64,000 nucleotides of DNA, from assembly GCF_001194135.2 (NCBI RefSeq), contig NC_068998.1, forward strand, positions 46,274,123-46,338,122. The letters are read 5' to 3'. Positions 39,478 through 51,852 of the stretch are shown here, one piece after another; the stretch's first letter is position 1, and each line of letters begins with the position of its first letter. Below the pieces are notes generated by a model, which ran no database searches, was not told where the DNA came from, and was given only the letters and a program-made list of their open reading frames with translations. Source of the DNA: Octopus bimaculoides. Taxonomy: Eukaryota. A program made the translations under genes and the position numbers.

Positions 39478-39943
39478 CGAGGGGTTTGAGCCTGATCGCG
39501 TCATTTTTGTTTCTGGCTTTACAGTATAGTAAGTACGTTCGCTCCACTAGCAATGTGCAGCAAAGAACTAAGAGCAGTGATCCGATTTCTCTTGTCGGGA
39601 GGTGTTTCAGGTGTTGAAAACCATCCACGATGAGCTCGGCTGCAAGAGAGCTTACTGTAGAGCACAAGCTCAAAGATCTTGAGATCTGCCAACGTTTACT
39701 CGATCACTACAAAAAATGAGGACGAGGAATTTTTGAGCAGCATAGTCACAGGAGATGAAATGTGGGCCATCATTATGAGTCAGAATACAAAAGACAAAGT
39801 ATGGAGTGGAAACATCTCAGCTCGTCAGCGACGAAGAAATTCAAGACTCATTCTTTCGCAGGAAAGGTGATGCTAACCCATTTTTGGGACTCAAAAGGGC
39901 TTATACTGGAAGACCACCTGGAAAAGGGGTCTAAGATCAACAG
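39478..39943 (+). mobile_element. Degenerate mariner transposon fragment (irritans-like), truncated by a SINE
   Basis: TA-CGAGGGG terminus; frameshifted EFLSSIVTGDEMW..HYESE.KRQSMEWKH...AGKVMLTHFWDSKG (first catalytic Asp motif). Confidence 0.88.
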
Positions 39944-40362
39944 TGAAATTAACGTGAAAGTGGCTGAGCACTCCACAGACACGTGTACCTTTAACATAGT
40001 TCTTGATGAGATTCAGCGTGACACAGAGTGTGACAAGACTGACCTTTTTGAAATACAGGCACAACAGAAACAGGAAGTAAGAGTGAGAGAAAGTTGTGGT
40101 GAAAGAATACAGCAGGGTTCGCCACCACCCCGTGCCGGAGCCCCGTGGAGCTTCAGGTGTTTTCGCTCAATAAACACTCACAACGCCCGGTCTGGGAATC
40201 AAAACCGCGATTCCTACGACCGCGAGTCGGCTGCCCTAACCACTGGGCCATTGCGCCCTCCACACATGCACATATTGTATATATGAATCGACATGTTATG
40301 TGTGGGATAAACACTGACATACAAGTTAGTAACAAATAAGTTGAAAATACTAATCAAGCGCA

Positions 40363-40401
<39 letters not shown>

Positions 40402-40418
40402 GACACAGNNNNNNNNNN

Positions 40419-40449
<31 letters not shown>

Positions 40450-40599
40450 GACACAGTCAGATATAATCACTCCACAGTCACAGATACAAACAGTGGGACT
40501 AAGACAACAATAACAGCAGTAGCAGCAACAAGAATAAATATTTGAAGTGTACTGAGAGGGAAGTAGATTGCGAGTGGCTTGTTTTGACATGTATTATGC

Positions 40600-40640
<41 letters not shown>

Positions 40641-41341
40641 NNNNNNNNNNGAGGGAAGGTGGAGGGTAGTGATATATATATAGGATAGGGTGCTAAAAAG
40701 TTCCTGGCTTTAAAAGTGTAGGGAAAGGCTTGGTTGGACGCGCAACCTTCCGAGTTCTTTTTCAGGGCTAAACCGAAGGACAGATGCAATAAGTCTTTTA
40801 CTTGTTACAGTCATTTGATTGAGTACTCAATTTATCGACTCCAAAAGAGAGATTAATGAATGCAAGTGATTAAGTGCAGAGTTGTAATAATGAAAACAGT
40901 TGTATGGGTGCGCAAGTAGAGGACCACGGTGCACACGTGGCAAGGTCTAGATTATGCATATGTATATATGTGTGTGTGTGTGTGTTTATGAATAATGAAA
41001 ATAACCTTATGGATGTACAAGTAGAGGATTGATGGGCAGAGTTAAGATTGTGTGCGTTTGTGGAGTGAGTGACTGTCGTTGACGTAAGAAATGATATTTG
41101 GCAGGAAGGACCACATGCAAATTTGTTGAGAGTCGATCAGAGGTAGGTGAGGAACGTATGTATATACATGTGAGTGAACTCAGTACCTCATGGTTGTGAG
41201 CCCAACGCTCTAACCACTGAGCCATGCGCCTTCACGAGAAGAAAGCGCATCGGCCGGTGCCCATCCATACCGTTGTTTTCTCTGTTCATACACTGAGCTG
41301 TGTCACTTGAAGTTTTTAAGATACACACATTTGCAATCACG

Positions 41342-41398
<57 letters not shown>

Positions 41399-42073
41399 GT
41401 NNNNNNNNNNNNNNNNNNNNNNNNNNNNNNNNNNNNNNNNNNNNNNNNNNNNNNNNNNNNNNNNNNNNNNNNNNNNNNNNNNNNNNNNNNNNNNNNNNNN
41501 NNNNNNNNNNNNNNNNNNNNNNNNNNNNNNNNNNNNNNNNNNNNNNNNNNNNNNNNNNNNNNNNNNNNNNNNNNNNNNNNNNNNNNNNNNNNNNNNNNNN
41601 NNNNNNNNNNNNNNNNNNNNNNNNNNNNNNNNNNNNNNNNNNNNNNNNNNNNNNNNNNNNNNNNNNNNNNNNNNNNNNNNNNNNNNNNNNNNNNNNNNNN
41701 NNNNNNNNNNNNNNNNNNNNNNNNNNNNNNNNNNNNNNNNNNNNNNNNNNNNNNNNNNNNNNNNNNNNNNNNNNNNCAAACATTAACTACACTAAACTTC
41801 GAACTCAAAATATTATGAGAATTAAAGTAACCATGAGATCACCTCAAAGGGTTCGAACTTAGTTCTCTCCAAAGCCAATATGAGCACATCATTTGCACTA
41901 TGTGAAAAAATATTTCATCAATACTGACGGTGCTCCAGCATGACCACAGCCTTGGAGGTGAATCGTATAAATGAAGGAAAGAATAATAACTGTTCAAACG
42001 TTGCCGGTATCAAGTTCACAAGTCTCCCTGAAGCTTAGCCCCAGAGCCGTGCACCTGCTACGAAAATAGGGCT

Positions 42074-43574
42074 CACGTCATATAATATTCTTTTCTATTC
42101 TAGGCTCAAGGCTCGAAATTTTGGGGGAGAGAGCCACTTGATGAGATCGACCCCAGTACGCAACTGGTACTTAATTTATCGACCCCCGAAAGGATAAAAG
42201 GCAAAGTCGACCCCGGCGGAATTTGAACTCAGAACGTCACGTCATATAATATTGCTACACAAAGTTTTAATAAAACGAACAAATACAAGGAGCTGTGCTT
42301 TACTGGTGATGTCTGTACTCTCATCAACTAGAAGAGCAAACGACTTATGTTTCAGTATTTTTGACTTAATATTGCACTCAATGTCTCCTGACATGTCTTG
42401 AATGCGCCTTACTTATTGTGTTGTCAGAAAGTGGAATTTTATTTAGCTCTGATACAGCATCCTCTCCAAACATTGTCCTCACTATTTCCCGGCATGCAGG
42501 TAAAATTACAGTTTCAGCGATGGTATGAGATTTCATTTTCCTTGCAACTATCTCCGCCACAGCATAACTTGCTTCTTGTCCTTTGTCACTCAATTTGAAC
42601 TTTTTGGCAAACATAGAAACTTGCCTTTTATTAAATGCCAATTCTCTTTTAAAATATTGTTCATTTTTGCCTGACAACTCTGGACGTTTAGTTGTTAAGT
42701 ATCGTTTCAGTTTGGCTGGTGCCATAACTCTATTAGCCAGCTTCTCCCCACAAGCAGTACACAAAGGTGAAGGGCAGTCTGGGTTTCCAGTCCAAGTAAA
42801 TCCCAGAGCTATGTAGTTTACACAATATTGACGAACTTCTAGCTGCAGGTTAATTCCATCCTTTCTTGGAAATTTCGACGAGGCAGCATCACTGTCAGTG
42901 ACTGCGGCTTCAACAGACTGCCTCAGACCCTGCGTCTCTTCATCTGCATCTAACTTACGTTTTTTCAGAAATTTATCCATACTTGTAAGGCTGTAAGCAG
43001 AATTGTATATACATAAAAGCAAACCTAATAGTGGCAGGACAAAATGATCCTTAAAGTGTAGCGAGTTTAATTATGTAAAATTTAGCTTTTTTTTTTTATT
43101 AATGTTTTGTTTTAGTAATAGGTATTTGATTATATTTAAACAATATGCATATGCATAAAATAAATTTTCGGATTTGAATTTAAAATGTCGTTTATTTGTT
43201 CATTGTTCTAGAAATCTGTAAGGAATTAATATTTATGCATATTTTCATATTTTATAATTTAGTATCAGTTTCCCTATTTCTTATTTATTTTCTACATATG
43301 TAATTCAACTCTCTTTCGAATTTTTAATCTTAACATTTGACCGAATATTAATAGACGTCATACAAGAAAGATTTTTTTACAAAAACGCAGTTAAAATGTT
43401 TCTTCCAAGTATAGTCACTCGTATTAGAAACCCATTTGCGGAATTTGAGCCATTTGAAGAACAGTTCACGTTAACAGAAGAATAACTTGCCAGTGTTTTA
43501 AATGACAGAACATTAAATTTGAAGCATTCTGAGCTTAACCTGAATGCATTTNNNNNNNNNNNNNNNNNNNNNNN

Positions 43575-43615
<41 letters not shown>

Positions 43616-44197
43616 CATATTCCTTTTAAAAAGCTAAAGATCTTTTAAAAGGCGGATTAACAACAACACATAAATGGCTTACGCAGTTAAAATGTTTCTT
43701 CCAAATATAGTCACTCGTATTTTACAAAAGAAAACTAAACCATTATCTAAGCTGGCATGCAACTCACAGATGTGCACGTACATGTACACACCAAGGATCA
43801 GGGTCATCTACGCTGGCGTGCAACTCGTACATGTACACATAAGCCTAACATGTACACACATAACTGCACAGGAGAATTAAAAATTACTGTCGATGTAACT
43901 TCTTGCGGAATCCCTGGACTACTGGTGGAACTCTAAGGTTCAGCGGAACCCTGGTTGAAAACCACCGAGTCAGAACGTCACGTCATATAATATTCTTTTC
44001 TACTCTAGGCACAAGGCCCGAAATTTTGGGGGTGGGGGCCAGTCGATGAGATCGACCCCAATACGCAACTGATCTTTAATTTATCGACCCCAAAAGGATG
44101 AAAGGCAAAGTCGACCTCGGCGGAATTTGAACTCAGGATGTCACGTCATATAATATTATTTTCTACTCTAGGTACAAGGGTCGAAATTTTTGGGGAG
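42074..44197 (-). repeat. Tandem array of a ~164-bp SINE-derived unit, interrupted by the hAT fragment
   Basis: Units begin CACGTCATATAATATT at 42074, 42238, 43979 and 44142, then run into a ~900-bp N gap. Confidence 0.8.
42254..43967 (-). mobile_element. Truncated and rearranged hAT (Buster/Charlie) transposon
   Basis: 5' TIR CGGTGGTTTTCAACC at 43967; ORF 42378-43022 with BED finger (PLCTACGEKL...KLKRYL) and HTIAE..ILPAC/LSDNTI; after a frameshift FALLVDESTD..SKAQLLVFVRF. The 3' half and second TIR are missing. Confidence 0.9.
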
Positions 44198-45604
44198 NNN
44201 NNNNNNNNNNNNNNNNNNNNNNNNNNNNNNNNNNNNNNNNNNNNNNNNNNNNNNNNNNNNNNNNNNNNNNNNNNNNNNNNNNNNNNNNNNNNNNNNNNNN
44301 NNNNNNNNNNNNNNNNNNNNNNNNNNNNNNNNNNNNNNNNNNNNNNNNNNNNNNNNNNNNNNNNNNNNNNNNNNNNNNNNNNNNNNNNNNNNNNNNNNNN
44401 NNNNNNNNNNNNNNNNNNNNNNNNNNNNNNNNNNNNNNNNNNNNNNNNNNNNNNNNNNNNNNNNNNNNNNNNNNNNNNNNNNNNNNNNNNNNNNNNNNNN
44501 NNNNNNNNNNNNNNNNNNNNNNNNNNNNNNNNNNNNNNNNNNNNNNNNNNNNNNNNNNNNNNNNNNNNNNNNNNNNNNNNNNNNNNNNNNNNNNNNNNNN
44601 NNNNNNNNNNNNNNNNNNNNNNNNNNNNNNNNNNNNNNNNNNNNNNNNNNNNNNNNNNNNNNNNNNNNNNNNNNNNNNNNNNNNNNNNNNNNNNNNNNNN
44701 NNNNNNNNNNNNNNNNNNNNNNNNNNNNNNNNNNNNNNNNNNNNNNNNNNNNNNNNNNNNNNNNNNNNNNNNNNNNNNNNNNNNNNNNNNNNNNNNNNNN
44801 NNNNNNNNNNNNNNNNNNNNNNNNNNNNNNNNNNNNNNNNNNNNNNNNNNNNNNNNNNNNNNNNNNNNNNNNNNNNNNNNNNNNNNNNNNNNNNNNNNNN
44901 NNNNNNNNNNNNNNNNNNNNNNNNNNNNNNNNNNNNNNNNNNNNNNNNNNNNNNNNNNNNNNNNNNNNNNNNNNNNNNNNNNNNNNNNNNNNNNNNNNNN
45001 NNNNNNNNNNNNNNNNNNNNNNNNNNNNNNNNNNNNNNNNNNNNNNNNNNNNNNNNNNNNNNNNNNNNNNNNNNNNNNNNNNNNNNNNNNNNNNNNNNNN
45101 NNGGGGGTAAACGTTTCCGATAAAATGTTTGTAAAAACAGACCAGCGTAGCTCATGTTTATGAATGACTGAAGGAATTGACACCTCCAAATGGATACACA
45201 CACACACACGATTTAATATATATACATACATGCATTCATATATAGACGCACAACACAGTACATGTATTTATCAATATATAATTGGAATTGCATGCGTATG
45301 TATAAACGAACATATACACGCATATATTTACGTGCACTTTACACTCACACACACATTCACGTATATGACCTCCACCACCCAAAATATATACGCATGCTTT
45401 TAGATATACATACCTGCGTATGCGAGTTTATATGCATGCATTTATGTAAGTATATATGTATGTATATGTTTGTATGTGTGCATGTCTGTATATATATATA
45501 AAGGTATCTAACTAAATATATACGTTTGTGTGTGTGTGTGTATAGATAAATAGATAGATTGATAGATAGGTAGATAGACCGATACATTGATACAAGTGTA
45601 TGTG

Positions 45605-45670
<66 letters not shown>

Positions 45671-45765
45671 GACAAACATATATATCCACACACATAAACA
45701 TACAAAAACAGACATGCGTTTAAGTATATATCTCCCTCATGTGTGTATACATGCATAAATGTATA

Positions 45766-46748
45766 CCGTAAATCCTCGAGTATAATCCGCATTTTCCCCC
45801 AAAATTTAAAGGTCAAAATCCCTAGTGCGTACTATATACGAGGTTAAAAATGAAAAATATTTTCTAAGCAATGTCCGAGTTTCTATTTGCTGTCCGGCAA
45901 CGTTGATTCAGACGCATTTTGTGATGTCGGGCGCGAAAATACCTTAAGCCAGGGGTTTTCAAACTTTTTGACTTGCAGACCCAAATAGGTTTATTGTCAA
46001 TTAAAAGATTTCGATTAAAAAACATATATAAAATCAAATTGCCCATAAAAAGTATTTGCTATCCACGGACCCCCTGTCATGTCCTTGCGGACCCCCTGTG
46101 GTCTCCGGACCACAGTTTGAAAACCCCTGCCTTAAGCTAAGCCTGAAAGCAATAAAGTCATAAAAGAATCATCCATAACTTGCAGTAAGCAACATTTATT
46201 AAAATAAAAGTGTTGTATATCGTCTGCACTGGATGGTACTCAGGATGACGTTGTATGGAAAGATGAAATAAACGAAAGTGAATCTTCTGATGTTGACTAT
46301 GAATCTGACGATGACGGAGATTTACACTACAATGATGCTGACATGTTTACGGAGGAACAAATGGAACAGTTAATTTGATGCTGAAAGTGACGGTGAATTC
46401 GAAGGATTTGAATAAATGTTTTTGCTTTTGTAACTGATTGTGATAAATATGTGAAAGGCAAGTTACTCAATATTTATTTTTCACTGACGTTATTACTGTT
46501 ATTTCTTTATTTTCTGCCAACAAAAATGCACAAAAAGCTACACGTTTGCATTATGTTATATATACAATAATAATAAAGGACGTTACCTTATATATGTTTA
46601 CAAATCAAGGGCGATATATAGACCTCCTTGAATCAAGTTAGAGAAGAGGTGCGTATTATACACAAGGTTTAGGTTTTTCAGACATACAGCCCCCTAAAAA
46701 TCCCCTGCGTATTATACTCAAGGGCGGACTATACACGAGGATTTACGG
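45766..46748 (+). mobile_element. Non-autonomous pogo/Tc2-like DNA transposon
   Basis: TIRs CCGTAAATCCTCG(A/T)GTATA(A/G)TCCGC with TA TSDs; internal remnant CCISSALDGTQDDVVWKDE plus acidic tail, like pogo transposase C-termini. Confidence 0.85.
45950..46129. mobile_element. 180-bp hAT (Buster-type) MITE nested in the pogo-like element
   Basis: Perfect 16-bp TIRs CAGGGGTTTTCAAACT; perfect 8-bp TSD CCTTAAGC with central TA. Confidence 0.95.
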
Positions 46749-47360
46749 TATGTGTATATGTACGCGCTAATACATACATATGTGCATGTATGTATGTGTG
46801 CCTATGAGTGAGTGTGCATGTGTGTGTGTATTTGAGACAGGCGCTTTAAATATAAACAAATATAAACCAACAACAACAATTACAACAGCAACCTAACAAT
46901 TACGATACAAATGTGACATACCGGCGTTGTTACGACCATGCTGTGTCTTGTTTCTTGGTTTAGCATTGTTATCTGCAATTAAGGGTATCCTAGTCACTGG
47001 TTCAAACTGGCAGAACCACCTCAGTCACCGATGGATAGACTGACTAACAGCCTATCGAAGATAAATCTGAAGGTTCCACTCCCCACCCTTACACGCACAC
47101 TACACACATGTGAATATATATATANNNNNNNNNNNNNNNNNNNNNNNNNNNNNNNNNNNNNNNNNNNNNNNNNNNNNNNNNNNNNNNNNNNNNNNNNNNN
47201 NNNNNNNNNNNNNNNNNNNNNNNNNNNNNNNNNNNNNNNNNNNNNNNNNNNNNNNNNNNNNNNNNNNNNNNNNNNNNNNNNNNNNNNNNNNNNNNNNNNN
47301 NNNNNNNNNNNNNNNNNNNNNNNNNNNNNNNNNNNNNNNNNNNNNNNNNNNNNNNNNNNN

Positions 47361-47396
<36 letters not shown>

Positions 47397-47493
47397 GAGA
47401 GATACACGTGTGTGTTTACATATAGAGGGAATGAATGTGGGTGAGGAATGGAGGGAGAGGGTGCGTATATATATATATATATGTGTGTGTGTG

Positions 47494-47527
<34 letters not shown>

Positions 47528-48792
47528 TGTATGTATGTATAGTGCGAAGGTCTGTTTATCAGTGTATCTGCTTCTGTAAGTATTAGTTTCGTGTGTGAGT
47601 GTGTGTGTATGTGTGCATATATTTGTGTCCGTATATATGTATGTGTGTATATGCATATTCTTCATGAGTGCGTTCGCGAGTACATGCTCACACCTTTATC
47701 CACATCCATTTTAAGCATCACGCCCTTCTCTCACAGTTATATACACACACAGAGGCGCGCACACACACACACACACTTGTAAATGTGTGTGTATGTGTGT
47801 CCAATGAGAATTGGACCTAAAGACGAATTTTTGAAAGGAATATTCAACAACCACAACAACAACAATCACAACAACCACAACATTCCTGCCTGCTTAAGTG
47901 GGTGGAGATGGGATGGAAGGTGTGTTTCTACCCCGTCACCCACTCCTCCCACTACCGCCCCTTAACCTCCTCATCTCTTCGCATTCGCTTCTTCTCGTAT
48001 CAGTCTTTCTACTCCCCCTCTCCGTCGAACTTCCTTCTCCCCTTCACACTCCCCTGCCTCTCTCCTCCTCCTTATCCGTCTCCCCTCTCTCCTCCTCTTG
48101 CTCGTTTCTATTTCTCCTCCCACTCCTCTCCCTCCCTCCTTCTTCCTCCCACTCGCCTCCTCTCCCTCTCCACGTTTCTCCTCTTCACCTCCTCACACCC
48201 TCCCCATTTCTTACTGTCCTTCCTTCCTCCCTCCCTCCCCCCTGCTGTTTATTTCTCTATTTTTTAAATTAATTACGTTATGCCCTTCTTCTTATTAATT
48301 TCGTTTTCTTCCGAAGTTAAACTCAATAATATTGTTATATTTCGGAGTGGTCATTTATTATTGTTCTTATCTTATCTTATGTCCATTGTCTAGAAATCTT
48401 CCGCCACACTTCTGTGACCTCTTCAGCGACTCTTTCATCCACGTTTGAAGAACGAATATATAGTGCGTGTATTTATTTGGCAAGAAAAAATAATAATCAT
48501 CCCAAAATATTGTTCATAAACGCAAACTCAATAACATTTCATTTTAAGAGAATCTTCAAAAATTCTTCCCTTCTTAAAGAGGCCAAAACCGAAATACTTC
48601 CCTTCCACCCGCACCCAATGCCACACCAGGAATCTCTATCTTCCGTTAGGATTGATAGATCTTTAATCTGATGTTGTGCGTCTCTGCCAATAACATCAAT
48701 TAAGTCGTGGTGTCTTCGCCCTTTATTAGGCCACAGAATTTTCCTGAAGCAATTTCGAAGGTCCTAAGCTGATCAGTTCTGGCATGTAACAT

Positions 48793-49470
48793 ATTCTTTC
48801 CTACTCTAGGTACAAAGCCCGAAATTTTGGGGGGAGGTGGGGGCAGTCGATTACATCGACCCAGTACGCAACTGGTACTTAATTTATCGACCCCGAAAGA
48901 ATGAAAGGCAAAGTCGACCTCGGCGGAATTTGAACTCAGAACGTAAAGACAGACGAAATACCGCTAAGTATTTCGCCCGGCGTGCCAACATTTCTTATTT
49001 CTTTACTGCCCACAAGGGACTACACACAGAGGGGACAAACAAGGACAGACAAACGGATTAAGCTGATTATATCGAACCCAGTGCGTAACTGGCACTTGTT
49101 TAATCGATCCCGAAAGGATGAAAGACAAAGTTGACCTCGGCGGAATTTGAACTCAGAACGTAGCGGCAGACGAAATACCGCTAAGCTTTTCGCCCGGCGT
49201 GCCAACGTTCCTGCCAGCTCGCCGCTTTTTAGCATGTAATATATTATGAAAGTAAATGCGGTGAGCTGGAGAATCGTTAACTCGTCGGACAAAATGCTTA
49301 TCGGAATTTCATCCGTCTTTACGATCTGAGTTGAAATTCCGCTGAGGTCGACTTTGCCTTTCTCAGAGTCCATAAAATAAGTATCTGTTGAGCGCTTGGG
49401 GTCGATGTAATCGACTAATCCTTCCCACCAAATTGCTGGTCTTGTGCCAAAATTTGAAACTGACATATTA
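48793..49470. mobile_element. Cluster of family C SINEs (other copies: 1403-1620, 9680-9810, 18893-19115, 53370-53600)
   Basis: Shared core GAGTTCAAATTCCGCCGAGGTCGACTTTGCCTTTCATCCTTTCGGGGTCGATAAA..AGTACCAG, resembling the MetaSINE central domain as I recall it. Confidence 0.85.
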
Positions 49471-49499
49471 CCAATGTTATGGAATATTTTGTTTCAAAA

Positions 49500-49845
49500 C
49501 ATAATAACGTATCAATTCATTCTTAAAACGTAAAGGACGTAAAGCAGATGAAACTGCTCACGATATCAACTAAACTTTTGTTGAAGAAATGACCAGTGAG
49601 CGGTCATCTCGAAAATGGTTTAAATGATTTAGCAGTGGAGACCTAAGCCTTATGAGTGTAATGGACGCCCATCTGTCATCGATGACGGTCAATTAAAGGT
49701 TATCCACGTAAAACCACTCGAGAACTGGCAAAAGAACTTCAAGTTAGGTAGAAAAATACCTTCAACTATTTGCATGGGATCGGAAAATCAAAAAATGCTT
49801 GACAAATGGGTACCACATGAGTTGAATGAAAATCAGAAAATGCGC
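49500..49845 (+). mobile_element. Degenerate mariner transposase N-terminal fragment
   Basis: Frameshifted HTH region ending LDKWVPHELNENQK (WVPHEL motif). Confidence 0.8.
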
Positions 49846-51734
49846 GGACCGAGGCTATAGAAGAACACACTTGCCCAAATTGCCGCGCAGTGGGACTGAA
49901 CCCAGAACCATGTGGTTGGGAAGCAAGCTTCTTACCACACAGCTACGCCTGGGTGTGTATGTACACAGACACACACACACACACACACACAATCATAGGT
50001 TCTAAGGTTATTGGTGTTTATATATATATAGGACAAGAATTTTTTGTATTTTTGTCAGGAACAAATATGAACAATATGAACAGCAACAACAAAACAATAA
50101 CAACAACATAGTTATTGTGTTGCTGTGGTTTGGTAGAGTCAAGTTCAATAGTTTATCAACTCATGAGACGATCGATGCATGTATGTATGTATGTATGTAT
50201 GTATGTATGTATGTATGTATGTATGTATGTATGTATGTATGTATGTATGTATGTATGGATTTCGTTTTTGTATTTTGGTTTGGATTTGTGAAATCGTGTT
50301 GAAACAAGTTTTGTTGTGAGTAGGGAATGTCATCATACGAACAAAAATTAGTTTAAACACACGCACTGGTTCAATACTACTTACATACATATAAATAGTG
50401 ATAAAAATAATGATCCTTAGGAAGAATTTATAAATATTTTAATGCATCACTACGCGCGTCTAGGGGCTTTTGAATGCATATTCAAAACGTTTCCCGTAAA
50501 CGAACTTAAAGGATATATATATATATATATATATATANNNNNNNNNNNNNNNNNNNNNNNNNNNNNNNNNNNNNNNNNNNNNNNNNNNNNNNNNATATTT
50601 ATACACTTGTGGTCACCTTATAGTAGGTATGTATCTAAATTTTGTACGTTCTTCCTCTTTTCTTTTTCTCGCCCCCTTTCTTTCTCACATTTCTTGACCC
50701 TCTCTTTCCTTGACTCCCACTTTTCCTCCTCGTTTATCTCCCCTGTACCTTTCCCCTTGTCTCTTATTTTTTTTTTCTAATCCTTCAATCCCGCTTCCCC
50801 CTACCCTCTCTCCTCCTTCCACGTGACCACTGTCCAGCCAGCCATGATCTTTCTTTCTTGGCCCGACTGCCGACCGCCGCCAATACTTCTTATGTCCATC
50901 TCCTATGTTCCTGCCTTTAGGCTTTCACTTCATACCCGCCAGCTCAATTTGATTCGATCTCAGTCGAAAGACACCTGTTGTTATACTCTTGTTGTTTGTA
51001 TTTATAATTGTGTACCATGTTCTACGTTTTTTTGTCTTTGTTGCTGTACACATTCGCTAGCTTTCTTACAAAAGAATTTAATGCTCTTAGCTTAGACTTT
51101 TCTGGAGAGCAACCAGATCGAACTGTCTCAAGTGTAGCTGCCCGAAACAGTAAGGACTTCTGGTATACTTCACTGAGGAAAGAAAGCCACGAATGACCCA
51201 TCTCTTTTTGCCTATCCTTCTAATTGTTATTTCTCCTGTTCGCCAAATTCTTATTGGTTGCTCTATCTTTTACTTCTAAATTCATTGCATTGTATATGTT
51301 GGAGCTAGTCTTTCTTTTATTGATGTTGATGATACTAAACGATATTTATTGTATTAGTTTCATTTACATTTTAAATTTTAGCTAAAGAAACATGTTTGGT
51401 AGCTATTAAATTTTAGCTAAAGAAACATGTTTGGATATTTCAGATTTTGTTAAAATCTTGGAAGTTGTTTGAGGATTTATTTATCTATTTTTGTCGCTAT
51501 TAACTAATCATATTTAGATGCGTTTCAGAATAGTGTTGCTCACATGATGTCCCTCTACTACATCCAATAATCGTCTGAACAATTGGAACCGTGAAACTCA
51601 TAGTTAAGACTCGAGAAACTTCAGTTATATATAAATATATATGCGCGCTCTCTCTCTCGGTAATTTATTCCTCATTTGTAAACATATACGTTCAACATAA
51701 TATACGTGTGCACGTGACTGTGTTCATACACACT

Positions 51735-51765
<31 letters not shown>

Positions 51766-51784
51766 GTACGTATGTATGTATGCA

Positions 51785-51852
<68 letters not shown>

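Noticed and set aside
48387-48431. Hammerhead-like CTGAAGA-GGTCAC...GTGGC-GGAAG (minus strand)
   Set aside because: GAAA core is mutated and stem I is out of register; at best a dead copy.
51098-51156. CTGGAGA...GAAACAGTA hammerhead-like motif
   Set aside because: Core A6 is replaced by G and stems are weak; not supportable.
51371-51435. 35-bp tandem duplication
   Set aside because: Two copies only, consistent with local slippage; no further structure.
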